Shown here: piece after piece, positions 49,766 through 62,676 of the stretch
Layout of the letters: the number at the start of each line of letters is the position of its first letter
Numbering within the stretch: the stretch's first letter is position 1
Assembly (NCBI RefSeq): GCF_004010195.1
Contig: NC_057720.1
Span: forward strand, 4,387,800-4,451,799
Origin: Chiloscyllium plagiosum
Lineage: Eukaryota
Direction of reading: 5' to 3'
DNA length: 64,000 nt
The notes under the pieces: generated by a model
The model's database searches: none
Told to the model about the DNA's origin: nothing
Seen by the model: only the letters and a program-made list of their open reading frames with translations
Translations under genes and position numbers: made by a program

Positions 49766-50204
49766 TAAACCAAAAACTCAGCAAATGTGCTGGACACCTG
49801 GGTTTGAATCCCACCATGGCAGGTAGTGGAATTTGCACATAATTAGAAAGAAACCCAAAATTAAAAATCTACCAATAATCATGTAAGGAGAAAGTGAGGG
49901 CTGCAGATGCTAGAGATCAGAGCTGAAAATGTGTTGCTGGAAAAGCGCAGCAGGTCAGGCAGCATCCAAGGAACAGGAGAATCGACATTTCGGGCATAAG
50001 CCCTTCTTCAGGATAATCATGTAACCATTGTCAATTGTCAGAAAAACCCAACTGGCTCAAAATACTGTTAGAGGCACTGGATACTGCAAAGGCTATAGCA
50101 CCCTTCCAACATTCTGGCAACACTACTGCAGACTTATGCTCCAGAACTTGCCACACCCCTAACCAAGAACTTCCAGTACAGTCACAACACTACCATCTAC
50201 CTGA

Positions 50205-50757
50205 CATTTGGGGTATTGTGTGCAGTTTTGGGCTCATATTTCAAGAAGGATGTACTGGCCCTGGAGCATCATCAGAGGAGGTTCACGAAGATGGTCCCAA
50301 GAAAGAAAAACTTAACATATGAGGAATGTTTTGAGGACTCTTAGTTTATATTCAATGGAACTTAGATGAGGTGGGAACTAATTGAAACATGCAGAATACT
50401 GAATGATTTGGACAGAATGGATGTTGAGAAGATGTTTCCATTGATAGGCGAGACTAGGACCCAAGGGCACAGCCTTAGAGTAAAGGGAAGACCTTTTAGA
50501 ACGGAGATAAGGAGAAACTTCTTCAGCCAGAGAGTGGGGAATCTATGGAACTCACTGCCACAGAAGGCTGTGGAGGCCAGGTCACTGAGTATATTCAAGT
50601 CTGAGATAGATAGGTTTTTATGCACCAAGGGGATCAAGGGGAAGAAAGCAGGATAATGGGGTTGAGAGACTTAGTAGCCATGATTGAATGGTGCAGCAGA
50701 CTTGATGGGCTGCATGGCCTAATTTCTACTCCTATGTCTTACAGTCTATGGTCTTAT
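50205..50757 (+). mobile_element. CR1 3' fragment
   Basis: Same subfamily as 33245-33830. Confidence 0.85.
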
Positions 50758-50759
50758 GG

Positions 50760-51995
50760 ATAATGTGGAAAATTACCCAGGTATGTCCTGTACACAAAAA
50801 GCTGGACAAATTCAACCCAGTCAATTATCCCCATCAGTCTACTCTCAATCATCAGTAAAGTGATGGAAGGTGTCATCAACAGTGCTATCAAGCAGTACCT
50901 GCTCAGCAATAACCTGCTCAGTGACACCCAGTTTGGGTTCCACCAGGGCCACTCAGCTCCTGACCTCATTACAGCCTTGGTTCAAACATGGACAAAAGAG
51001 CTGAATTCCTGAGGGGAGGCAAGAGTGACAGCCCTTAACATAAAGGCTGCATTCTGGAAAACTGGAATGAATGGGTATCAGGGGCAAAATCTCCACTGGC
51101 TGAAGATCAGGCACAGAGGAAGATGGTTGTGGTTGATGGAAGTCAATTGTCTTCAGGACATCTTTGCAGGAGTTCCTCAGGGTATGTCCTAGGCCCAACG
51201 ATCTTTAGCTGCTTCATCAATGGCCTTCCCTCCATCATAGGGTGAGAAGTGGGGATGATCACTGATGATTACACAATGTTCAGTACCATTCTCAATTCCT
51301 CAATTACTGAGGCAATCCCTGTTCAAATGTAACAAGATCTGGAAAATATTAAGGTTTGAGCTGACAAGTGGCAAGTAACATCTGTGTCACATAATATCCC
51401 TGGGGTTACCATTGACCAGAAACTCAACTGGACTCACCACATAAATGCAGCGGCTAATACAGTATGTCAGAGGCTAGGAATCCTGTGGCAAGTAACTCAC
51501 CTTCTGCCTCACCAAAGCCTGTCCACCATCTACAAGGCAAAGTCAGGCCGGTGATGGAATATTCCCCACTTGCCTAGATGGGGACAGCTCCAACCACACG
51601 CAAGAAGCTTGACACCATCCAGGACAAAGCAGCCCACTTGATTGGCACCACATCCACAAGCATCCACTCCCTCCACCGCCGACATTCAGTAGCAGCAGTG
51701 TGTGCACAATCTACAAGATGCACTTTGTAAACCCATATCCATATCCATCTAGTGAGACAGGATAGTAGATACATGGGAACACCACCACCTACAAGTTCCC
51801 TTCCAAATCACTCAACATCCTGATTTGGAAATACATCACCATGTCTTCAGTGTCACCGAGTCAAATTTCAGCAATTTCCTCCCAACAGCACAAGGACGGC
51901 AGAAGTTCAAGAAGGCATCGCACCACCACCTTCTCTAGAGGCAACTAGGGACAGGGCAATAAATGCTGGCCCAGCCTCTAATGTCCCGAGTTCCG
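50760..51995 (+). mobile_element. L2/CR1-clade LINE RT fragment to 3' end
   Basis: PISLLSIISKVMEG, QFGFHQGHSAPD and GVPQG remnants; tail gggcaataaatgctggcc. Confidence 0.75.
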
Positions 51996-53520
51996 GGAGT
52001 AAATGGAAGATACTCAGCATCAGAAAAGCACCAGTCTCACCATGTGAACAGGCAAACTCAAAACAGTAAGGTACTGGATTTGCAGATGATATGAAAACTG
52101 GTAGGTTGATAAATAGTGAATTAAATTTAATTGAATTTATTGTCACGTGTACCGAGGCACAGTGAAAAGCTTTGTCTTGTGAGCAACACAGGCAGATCAC
52201 AAAGTTAAGTAGCATAGTAAGTAAATAATAGGTAAACTGCGGCAAAAGCAAAAACACAGGTACAGGCGAATGTTGAGAATTTGTAAGTACATTCAATATT
52301 CTAACAACAGTAGGGTAAAAAACTGTTTTGAAGCCAGATGGTGGGTGTGTTCAGGCTTCTGTACCTTCTCCCCGATGGTAGCGGTTGTAGAAAAACATTG
52401 CCAGGGTGGGATGGATCTTTGCGAACGCTGGCGGCCTTTCAAAGAAGAGAACAAAGAACAAAGAACATTTACAGCACCAGAACAAGCCCTTCGGCCCTCC
52501 AAGCCTGAGCCGATACAAATGTACTGTCTAAACCTGTCGCCCAATTCTTAAGCATCTGTATCCCTCTGCTCCCCACCGAATCATGCATCTGTCCAGATGC
52601 ATCTTAATGAATCTACCATGCCTGCCTCTACTACCTCTGTTGGCAACGTCTTCCAGGCGGTGAGGAATTTTAATCAATCCGGGAGCGTAGGGGAATGAAG
52701 GTGAGCCCTCCTGAAGAAGGGCTAATGCCCGAAACGTCGATTCTCCTGTTCCCTAGATGCTGCCTGACCTGCTGCGCTTTTCCAGCAACACATTTCCATC
52801 AACGTCTTCCAGGCACCTACCACCCTCTGTGTAAAGTATTTGCCATATATATCCCCTTAAACCTTACACCTCTCGCCTTGAAAGTGTGACATCTCGTTAT
52901 TGAAACCTTCATCCTGGGAAAAAGCCTATCTCTTTCTACACTCTCTATATCCTTCATAATTTTGTAGACCTCAATCAGGCCCCCCCCCATCTCCTTTTTT
53001 CTAATGAAGACAAACCTAACCTGCTCAATCACTCTTCATAGCTAGCACCTGCCATACCAGGCCTTCCAGACCATACCTGCCATCCTCATAAGCCTTCTCT
53101 GCGCCCTCTCCAAAGCGTCCACATCCTTTTGGTAATGTGGTGACTAGAACTGTACACAGTATTCTAAGTGCAGCCGAACCAATGTTGTGTACAATTTTAA
53201 CATCACCTGCCAGCTCTTATACTCAATACACCATCCGATGAAGGCAAGCATACCATATGCCTTTTTGATCACTCTATCCACCTGTGCAGCAACCTTCAGG
53301 GTACAATGGAGCTGAACTCCCAGATCTCTCTGCCCATCAATTTCTCCCAAGGCTCTTCCGTTTACTGTATAATTCACTCTAGAATTAGACTTCCCAAAAT
53401 ACATCACCTCACATTTGCCTGGATTGAACTCCATTTACCACGTCTCCATCCAACTCTCCAGTCTATCTATATTCTCCTGTTTTGGATGTAGGTTTTCTCA
53501 CTGAGCTGGTAGGTTCATTT

Positions 53521-53560
53521 CCAGACTTTTCATCACCCTACTAGGTAACATCATCAGTGG
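53521..53560 (-). ncRNA. Minimal type I hammerhead ribozyme motif in the Penelope 3' repeat
   Basis: The reverse strand reads CCA-CUGAUGA-U-GUUACCU-AGUA-GGGUGAU-GAAA-AG-UC-UGG: stem I CCA/UGG, 7-bp stem II (4 G-U pairs or fewer strong pairs), GUC site. Confidence 0.72.
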
Positions 53561-55030
53561 GCCTCCAGGTGAAGCACTGTTGATGATTCCTGCCTTGTAT
53601 GCATGGGTTTCTTTGGGTTGGTGATGTCATTTCCTGTGGTGATGTCATTTCCTGTTCTTTTTCTCAGGGAGTGGGAGATGGGGTCTAACTCGACATGTAT
53701 ATTGTTAAAGTTCCAGTTGGAATGTCATGCTTCTAGGAATTCTTGTGCATGTCTCTGTTTAGCTTGTCATATGATATATGTATTGTCCTAGTCGAAGTAG
53801 TGTCCTTCCTTATCGGTATGTAATGATACTAGTAAGAGTGGATCATGCCATATTATGGCTAGTTGATGTTCATGCATCCTGGTGGCTAGTTTTCTGCCTG
53901 TTTGTCCAATTTAGTGTTTGTTACAGGTCTTGCACAGTATTTTGTAAATGACATCAGTTTTCCTTGTTGGCTGTATAGGGTCTTTCAAGTTCATTAGCTG
54001 CTGTTTTAGTGTGTTGGTGGGTTTGTGGGCTACCATCATGCCAAGGGGTCTGAGTAGTCTGGCAGTCATTTCCAAGATGTCTTTGATGTAGGAGAGTGTG
54101 GCTAGGGTTTTTGGACGTGTTTTGTCTGCTTGTTTGGGTTTGTTGCTGAGAAATCGGCAGACTGTGTTCATTGGGTACCCATTCCTTTTGAATACATGGT
54201 ATAGGTGATTTTCCTCTACTCTGCGTAGTTCCTCTGTGCTGCAGTGTGTGTTGACTCATTGAAATAATGTCCTGATGCAGCTTCGTTTGTGGGTGTTGGG
54301 ATGATTGCTTCTGAGTTCAGTATTTGGTCCTTATGTGTTATTTTCCTGTAGACGCTCGTTTGAAGTTCCCCATTGGCTGTTTGCTCTACTGTGACATCTA
54401 GGAATGGCAGTTTGTTGTTGTTTTCCTCCTTTTTAGTGAATTTTATGCTAGTAAGGGTATTATTGATGGTCTTGAAGGCTTCCTCTAACTTGTTTCGTTT
54501 AGTGATGACAAAGGTGTCATCCATTAAGTGGACCCAAAGTTTCGGTTGGATCATTGGCAGATCTGTTTGTTTGAGTCTCTGCATTACTGCCTCTGCTAAG
54601 GACCCTGATATCGGAGATCCCGTGGGTGTTCTGTTGGTTTGTCTGTAGATTTTGTTAATGAAGGTGAAGTGTGTGGTAAGGCATAGGTCCACTAGCTTGA
54701 CGATACTGTCCTTTCTGATGAAGCTGGTGGTGTTTGGTATATGTGTCTTTGGGTCTTCTAATAGTGTAGCCAGTGTTTCCTTGGCCAGGTTAATGTTGAT
54801 TGATGTAAACAGGGCTGTTACATCAAAGGAGACCATTATTTCATCCTCTTCTATCTGTGTGTCTTTGATGATCTTCAGGAATTCTTGGGTGGAGTGGATG
54901 GAGTGGCGTGAGTCTTCTACTAAGTGTTTTAGTCTTTGGCCAGTCTATAAGTTGGTATTCCAGACAGTGAGACTATGGGTCTGAGGGGGGGCTCCTGGTT
55001 TGTGAATTTTGGGTAATCCATACAAGCGTG

Positions 55031-55305
55031 ATTAGATTACATTACAGTGTGGAAACAGGCCCTTCGGCCCATCAAGTCCACACCGACCCGCCGAAGCGCA
55101 GCCCACCCATACCGTTACATTTACCCCTTACCTAACACTACGGGCAATTTAGCATGGCCAATTCACCTGACCTGCACATCTTTGGAGTGTGGGAGGAAAC
55201 CGGAGCACCCGGAGGAAACCCACGCAGACACAGGGAGAATGTGCAAACTCCACACAGTAAGTCGTCTGAGGCGGGAATTGAACCCGGGTTTCTGGCGCTG
55301 TGATG
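55031..55305 (-). mobile_element. HE1-type V-SINE inserted in the Penelope-like element
   Basis: Well-preserved V-domain and tail; interrupts the RT N-terminal region. Confidence 0.85.
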
Positions 55306-57368
55306 TGTTGGATCCATCTGGTTTCATTTTTTGGAAATCAGTCTTAATTATTACTCCAGGTTTCTGACGTTTTTGAGTAGGGCTGTAATACGGTTCAGTA
55401 GTTGTGGGGTCAGGTCTATTGCCACTTGTTGGTAAATGTTGGTATCTGTAAGTAGTGCGTTGACTTTTCCAAAGTAGTCTCTTCAATTTAGAATGACTAT
55501 CAAGCGTCCTTTGCAGATAGGATAACAATGTTTTGATCTATTTTTAGTCTTTCCAGTGCTTTCCTTCCTTGTGTATTGAGTGTGTTTCTTTCCTTTTTTC
55601 TGCTTAATGTTAGTGCATTTGATAGTTTGTTGGGTTTCTTCTGTGAGTTGGTTGACTTTTAGTGTTGTTTCTAGTGCTCCTCAGACTTTTTTCTTGTCCG
55701 CATCCTGGCAGTTGTAATTTAATCCTCTTACTAAGACGGCTTTTTCAGTGTCTGTTAAGGGTCGGTCAGATAATTTTTGTATCCATGCTTCTGTGTTGTC
55801 AGTGTTGTTACTTTGTGTAAGTTTGCCTAGTTTTTTTTCAGCAGGTCTAGATTTTTTCATTTTCTGTGTTTGTTGCTGTCTAATATCTATGGCTTGTTGT
55901 ACTGTGTCTGTCCATTCATGGCCTGTTGAATGAGTGAGTAAAGATTTTTGGTGCAAAATTTCCCAGTTGTATTTATGGAGTGTGTTGTGGGTATCATTAA
56001 TAATTTCTCTAAGCATTCCATGGCCATTTTGCTCTAACGGGGTGTTAAGGGGAGGTTTGTATTTAAGACATTTAGGTAGTACCTGTTTTCTGCAGCACAG
56101 AGGAACTACGCAGAGTAGAGGAAAATCACCTATACAGTGTATTCAAAAGGAATGGGTACCCAATGAACACAGTCCGCCAATGTCTCAGCAACAAACCCAA
56201 ACAAGCAGACAAAACTTGCCCAGAAACCCTAGCCCCTCTCCCCTACATCAACGACATCTTGGAAATGACTGCCAGACTACTCAGACCCCTTGGCATGATG
56301 GTAGCCCACAAACCCAACAACACACTAAAACAGCAGCTAATGAACTTGAAAGACCCTATACAGCCAACAAGGAAAACTAATGTCATTTACAAAATACCAT
56401 GCAAGAACTGTTACAAACACTACATTGGACAAACAGGCAGAAAACTAGCCACCAGGATACATGAACATAACTAGCCATAATATGGCATGACCCTCTCTCA
56501 CTAGTATCCTTACACACAAATAAGGAAGGACACTACTTCGACTGGGACAACACATCCATCTTAGGACAAGCCAAACAGAAACACGCATGAGGATTCCTGG
56601 AAGCATAGCATTCCAACCAGAACTCTATCAACAAACACATCGAGTTAGACCCCATCTACCATCCTCTGAGAAAAAGAACAGGAAATTACATCGCCACAGG
56701 AAATGACATCACAAACTCAAAGAAAATTAAACATATAAGGCAGGAAGTCTCAAAAGTCTCTATATTCTCGTGTATTCTTTGACAGTCCCTTATGCTTTCT
56801 GCTACTCCACCAACCTTCGTGTCATCTGCAAATTTGCTGATCATACCAACAGTGCCCTTTTCCAGATCATTTATGTATATCACAAACAACAGTGGCTCGA
56901 GCACTGACCCATGTGGAACAGCACTGGTCACCTTTCTCCATTTTGAGAAACTCCCTTCAACTACTACTCTCTGACTCCTGTTGCTCAACTAGTTCTTTAT
57001 CCACCTAGCTAGAATATGCTGCACACCTGTGACTTCACTTTCCCTGTTAGTTTACCATGGAGAACCTTATCAAACACCTTACTAAAGCCTATGTATATGA
57101 CATCAAGAGCCCTTCCTTCATCATCAACTTGGTCAATTCCTCAAAGAACTCTATTAAGTTGGTAAGGCACAATCTCCCCCGCACAAAATCATGTTGCCCA
57201 TCACTGATAAGCTCATTCCTTTCCAAATATAAATAGATCCTATCTCTCAGTACCCTCTCCAGCAACTTTCCCACCACTGATGTCAGGCTCACTGGTCAGT
57301 AGTTACCCGAAATATCCCTACTACTCTTCTTGTACAGGGGGACAACATGAGCCACCCTCCAGTCCTCC

Positions 57369-59530
57369 AGATGTTCGCAGGTAAAGGGACGGCTGGACAA
57401 TAGGAAGCCTTCAGAAATGACATAACAAGAATCCAGAGAAAGTATATTCCTTTTAGGGTCAAAGGAAAGCCTGGTAGGTGTAGGGAATGCTGGATGACGA
57501 AAGAAATTGAGGGTTTGATTAAGAAAAAGAAGGAAGCATATGTCAGGTACAGACAGGATAGATCGAGTGAATCCTTGGAAGAGTATAAAGGCAGTAGGAG
57601 TATACTTAAGAGGGAAATCAGGAGGGTAAAAAGGGGACATGAAATAGCTTTGGCAAATAGAATTAAGGAGAATCCAAAGAGTTTTTTACAAATACATTAA
57701 GGACAGAAAGGTAACTTGGGAGAGAATAGGGGCCCCTCAAGGATCAGCAAGGCGGCCTTTGTGTGGAGCCGCAGAAAATGGGGGAGATACTAAATGAGTA
57801 TTTTGCATCAGTATTTACTGTGGAAAAAGATATGGAAGATATAGACTGTAGGGAAATAGATGGTGGCATCTTGCAAAATGTCCAGATTACAGAGAAGGAA
57901 GTGCTGGATGTCTTGAAACGCATAAAAGGTGGATAAATCCCCAGGACCTGATCAGGTGTAACCTAGAACTCTGTGGGAAGCTAGAGCAGTGATTGCTGGG
58001 CCTCTTCCTGAGATATTTGTATCATCAATAGTCACAGGTGAGGTGCTGGAAGACTGGAGGTTGGTAAATGTGGTGCCACTGTTTAAGAAGGGCGGTAAAG
58101 ACAAGCCAGGGAATTATAGACCAGTGAGCCTGACCTCGGTGGTGGGCAAGTTGTTGGAGGGAATCCTGAGGGACAGGATGTACATGTATTTGGAAAGGCA
58201 AGGACTGATTAGGGATAGTCAACATGGCTTTGTGCGTGGGAAATCATGCCTCACAAACTTGATTGAGTTTTTTGAAGAAGTAACAAAGAGGATTGATGAG
58301 GGCAGAGTGGTAGATGTGATCTATATGGACTTCAGTAAGGCATTTGACAAGGTTCCCCATGGGAGACTGGTTAGCAAGGTTAGATCTCATGGAATACAGG
58401 GAGAAGTAGCCATTTGGATACAGAAGTGGCTCAAAGGGAGAAGACAGATGGTGGTGGTGGAGGGTTGTTTTTCTGACTGGAGGTCTGGGACCAGTGGAGT
58501 GCCACAAGGATCGGTGCTGGGTCCTCTACCTTTTGTCATTTACATAAATGATTTGGATGCAAAAGGTACAGTTAGTAAATTTTGCAGATGACACCAAAAT
58601 TGGAGGTATAGTGGACAGCGAAGAAGATTACCTCAGATTACAACAGGATCTTGATCAGATGGGCCAATGGGCTGAGAAGTGGCAGATGGAGTTTAATTCA
58701 AATAAATGCGAGGTGCTGTATTTTGGGAAAGTAAACCTTAGCAGGACTAATACACTTAATGGTAAGGTCCTAGGGAGCATTACTGAACAAAGAGACCTTG
58801 GAGTGCAGGTTCATAGTTCCTTGAAAAAGGAGCCGCAGGGAGATAGGATAGTGAAGAAAGCATTTGGTATGCTTTTGTTTATTGGTCAGGGTATTGAGTA
58901 CAGGAGTTGGGTGGTCATGTTGCGGCTGTGCAGACGTTGGTTAGGCCACTGTTGGAATATTGCGTGCAATTCTGGTCTCCTTCCTATCGGAAATATGTTG
59001 TGAAACTTGAAAGGGTTCAGAAAAAATTTACAAGGATTTTGCCAGGGTTGGAGGAATTGAGATATAGGGAATGGTTGAATAGGCTAGGGCTGTTTTACCC
59101 GGAGCATCGGAGGCTGAGGGGTGGCCTTATAGAGGTTTATAAAATCATGAGGGGCATTGATAGGATAAATAGACAAAGTCTTTTCCCTGGGGTCGGGGAG
59201 TCCAGAACTAGAGGGCATAGGTTTAGGGTGAGAGGGGACAGATATAAAAGAGACCTGAGGAGACAGATATAAAAGAGACCTAAGGGGCAATTCTTTCACG
59301 CAGAGGGTGGTACGTGTATGGAATGAGCTGCCAGAGGAAATGGTGCAGGCTGGTACAATTGCAACATTTAAGAGGCATTTGGATGGTATATGAATAGAAA
59401 GGGTTTGGAGGGATAAGGGCTGGGTGCTGGCAGGTGGGACTAGATTGTGTTGGGATATCTGGTTGGCATGGACGGGTTGGACTGAGGGGTCTGTTTCCAT
59501 GCTGTACATCTCCATGATTCTATGACTCTA
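57369..59530 (+). mobile_element. 5'-truncated CR1 LINE ORF2 with frameshifts
   Basis: [30 protein letters not shown]; tail gattctatgactcta. Confidence 0.93.
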
Positions 59531-59539
59531 AGTATTGAG

Positions 59540-59858
59540 ATGGGGAGGTCATGGCCTAGTAGTATAGTCGCTGGGCTATTAATCCAGAGACGCAGGTAAT
59601 GTCCTCAAGATCTGGATTCAAATTCCACCAGAGCAATTCAACTATTCTAGAGTCCAACAATGATCATAAATCCACTGTCAGGAAAAAACCATCTAGTTCA
59701 CTAATGTCCTTTCATGAAGGAAACTGTCATCCTTACCCTGGTCTGGCCTACACGTGAATCCAGACCCACAGCAACGTGGTTGACTCTTATCTGCCCTCTG
59801 GACAATTAAGGCTGGGTAATAAATGCTCATCTTGCCAGTGATGCCCACATCCTATTAA
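59540..59858 (+). mobile_element. tRNA-derived SINE (SacSINE1-like) with L2-like tail
   Basis: tggcctagtagt (A-box-like) and gattcaaattcc (B-box-like); the 3' end matches the LINE tails at 15180-15240 and 51940-51990. Other copies at 40552-40797 and 49156-50060. Confidence 0.62.
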
Positions 59859-60089
59859 TGGTTTTTAAAAAACACACACTTGCAATGGCACGGCTATGAG
59901 CCATATCATGGGAATTGGGATTAGAGTAGTTAGGTGGTTGTTTTTTTACTGGCACATATGTGATGGACGGAAGGGCCTTTTCTCTGCACTGTAGACATCT
60001 ACTTATGACTTCAGCAATGCGCCACTTGGTGCCCAGCGAGACACATGCTACTGCACAGGCTGCATCCACAGGCTTTGAGATTACTTTAG

Positions 60090-61470
60090 AAAACACAGAA
60101 GCAGAAAATAGGTGCAGGAGCTGGCCATTCAACCACTTGTGCCTACTCCACCATTCAATAGGATCAAGGCTGATCATTCAGCTCAGTCCCCTTTTCCTGC
60201 TTTCTCTCCTACATCCTTTGATCTTCTTAACAACATTCAATGCTTTGGCCTCAATGACAGTCTGTGGCAGAGAAGTCCACAGGCTCACCACTCTCCGAGT
60301 GAAGAACTATCTCCCCATCTCAGTCCTAAATGGTTTACCCTGTATCCTTCGACTGTGACCCCTTTCTGGACTCCCCAGCCATCGAGAACTTCCTCCCTGT
60401 GTTTACCTTTTCTAACCCTGTTCAAATTCATCAGTTCCAGACCTTGGGGGGGGGGGGGGGGGGGGGAGCCAGCGGGTTGCTGAGTGAGCCCCTATTTACT
60501 TTCCTGGAGCAAGCACAGTACCTGGAATGGGCAGCTGCTACATCGGCAGAGGTGATGTTGATGAGGTAGGCCCAAGTGACATCGATTAGGTGGCCCAAAA
60601 GCAAAAGATGGCGCCTGAGGATCAGTGACTTCAATATTCATTGGGTCAAGTGTAGACAGCAGTGAGGCAGTGGTGGAGGGATGGTGGCACAAGCTTCATT
60701 GACAGTGATGGGCTGGCTCAGGACTGAAGGACTCTGATCAAAGTATGCCTTTCCTTTCTTGTTCTTAAATTATTCAAAATGGCCCTGTTTTGTGGCAACT
60801 GTATTTTATTGTATGCTTACTGTAAAATACCGATGACAATAAAATCAAAATTAAATCAGAAGTCTATATGAGTTTTCACCACACTCTCCTCCCCACCATT
60901 TCTTTTTCTAAACTCCAGTGAATCCCATCCTAACTGCTCCAGTCTCCCATCATACATCTGTGCTGCCATCCTAGGTATCAGTCTGTCAGTGGAATCTGTG
61001 TTGCTTCCCCTCCATAGCCAGAACATATGTCCTCAGATAAGGATTCCAAAACTGCAGACAATATTCCAGGTGTGATCTCACCAAGGCCCTGTGCAATTGC
61101 AGCAAGACATCCCTGCTCCTATGCTCAAATCCTCTTGCTATGAAATTCAACATACCATTTGCCTTCTTTACCACCTGCTGCACCTGCATGCTTACTTTCA
61201 GCGACTGGTGTAGAAGGACACCTAGACTCTTACTGAACCTGTCTCTTTTTCAATTTATCACCAATAATCTGCCTACCTGTTTTTGCCATCAAAGTAGATA
61301 ACCTTGCATTGATCCACTTTATACTTCATCTGCCATGCATTTACCCACTCACTCAACTTGTCCAAATCACATTGAAATACCTCTGCATCCTCCCCTCAGC
61401 CTATTGTCCTACTCCATCTTTGCATTGCCCACAAATCTGGGGATATTACATTTAGTTTCCTGATCTAAAT
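60090..61470 (-). mobile_element. Decayed CR1 3' fragment with an unrelated insert (~60425-60860)
   Basis: VKKANGMLNFIARG..LEYCLQFW. Confidence 0.78.
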
Positions 61471-62676
61471 CCTAAAAAAAAATTGCACTGGTCCTTGTGA
61501 TAGCTCACTGGGCTCTGGCTTTACTCAGTAAAAGAGCTGTTAATTCCTATCTTTCATTTCCTATATTGGCACAGCAACACTAATTTCCAATTACGTCCTG
61601 GAACTTTGTAACTCAGAGTATGAATTCAACTCTTCAGTTGCCAGTTAGTGTGAATGTTAATGTTGCTGTGTGTTGTAAACTCACCATTATGTTTCCAAAT
61701 GGACCTTTATTTCATAGACTTGAGGAAAATCTATTTACCACAAAGCCAGTGACCACCATTTTCCAAATCCCACTGTGAGATGACATTAGTGTCATGATCA
61801 GGAGTTGGACAAATGATATTGGGATACACGCCCATTGTAAACTCAAGAGATAACTGTTGGCAACAATACTTCAGAACTAGTGCAAAGAAATACTCAAGGT
61901 TAATGACATTATGGTGGTCAAGTTACCCTCCAACATTTGTTCAACAAAGTTTACTCAGTGACTCCCATCTTCAGTATTGCTCTGTTGCCTGGCGGCTCTG
62001 GGATTTATATTAGTGCAAATCATACCATCAAGGGAAAGTAAGAAATGAGAGCATATCCAGCATGTAAATACCATGGTTATGGCAGAAACATTAATTTTAA
62101 AGAATCTAGTGAAGGTGTAGAATTCTTTACTGCAGAGGGCTATTGAGGTTGGCTCATTAATGTCAATGCAAGGCTGAGATCAGTAAGGGAATCAAGGGAA
62201 AAGGCAAGAAAGTAGAGTTAAAGATTATCAGATCAGCCAGGATCTCACTAAATGACGGAGCAGAGTTGATGGGACATTCACCAACCCTTCCTGCCCTTTA
62301 TCCTTCTGATACACTCACTGGGGACACCTCAGCATCTCTCCTGATCCTCCATCACAAATAATTATTCTTCCATCCACTTCGATCATACTCAATCTCTCAC
62401 TTTGGCTCATGGCAGGAAATATTGGCTCATGTCCTGAACTGAAGTCTCTGCAGACCCAGTCTGATGTATCTGTAATCCTGGACTGCATTGCACTTGGCCC
62501 CACTGGACTGCGTTGCACTTGGCTCCACTGGACTGACTGTGGCCCAAAACCCAGAAGTCAAAGACATGGATGTCTGGACTCTCATGCAACAAATTGCCTG
62601 ACCACAGCCAACCCCATGGACTGCAATGGAAAGAGCCCTTTGAATGTCTGTAGCAGTAGACACTGATTGACTGCAG

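Larger units (their letters stand above)
53481..56758 (-). mobile_element. Penelope-like retroelement (RT + GIY-YIG endonuclease, decayed) with inverted partial copy 56089-56750
   Basis: RT motifs VSFDVTALFTSI, GSPISG.LAE..M, MDDTFVI and LPFLDV. GIY-YIG motif NVIYKIPCKNCYKHYIGQTGRKLATRIHEH. 15-bp TSD tctatattctc(c/g)tgt (53466-53480 / 56759-56773). Confidence 0.92.
52440..57368 (-). mobile_element. CR1 LINE (52440-53480 and 56759-57368) split by a Penelope-like element
   Basis: Same subfamily as 2790-5293. Also carries a short insert at 52659-52799 with TSD caacgtcttccaggc and an intact + strand hammerhead core at 52711-52740. Confidence 0.87.

Noticed and set aside
62478..62535. 25-bp tandem repeat (~2.3 copies)
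   Set aside because: Short local duplication with no evidence of function.
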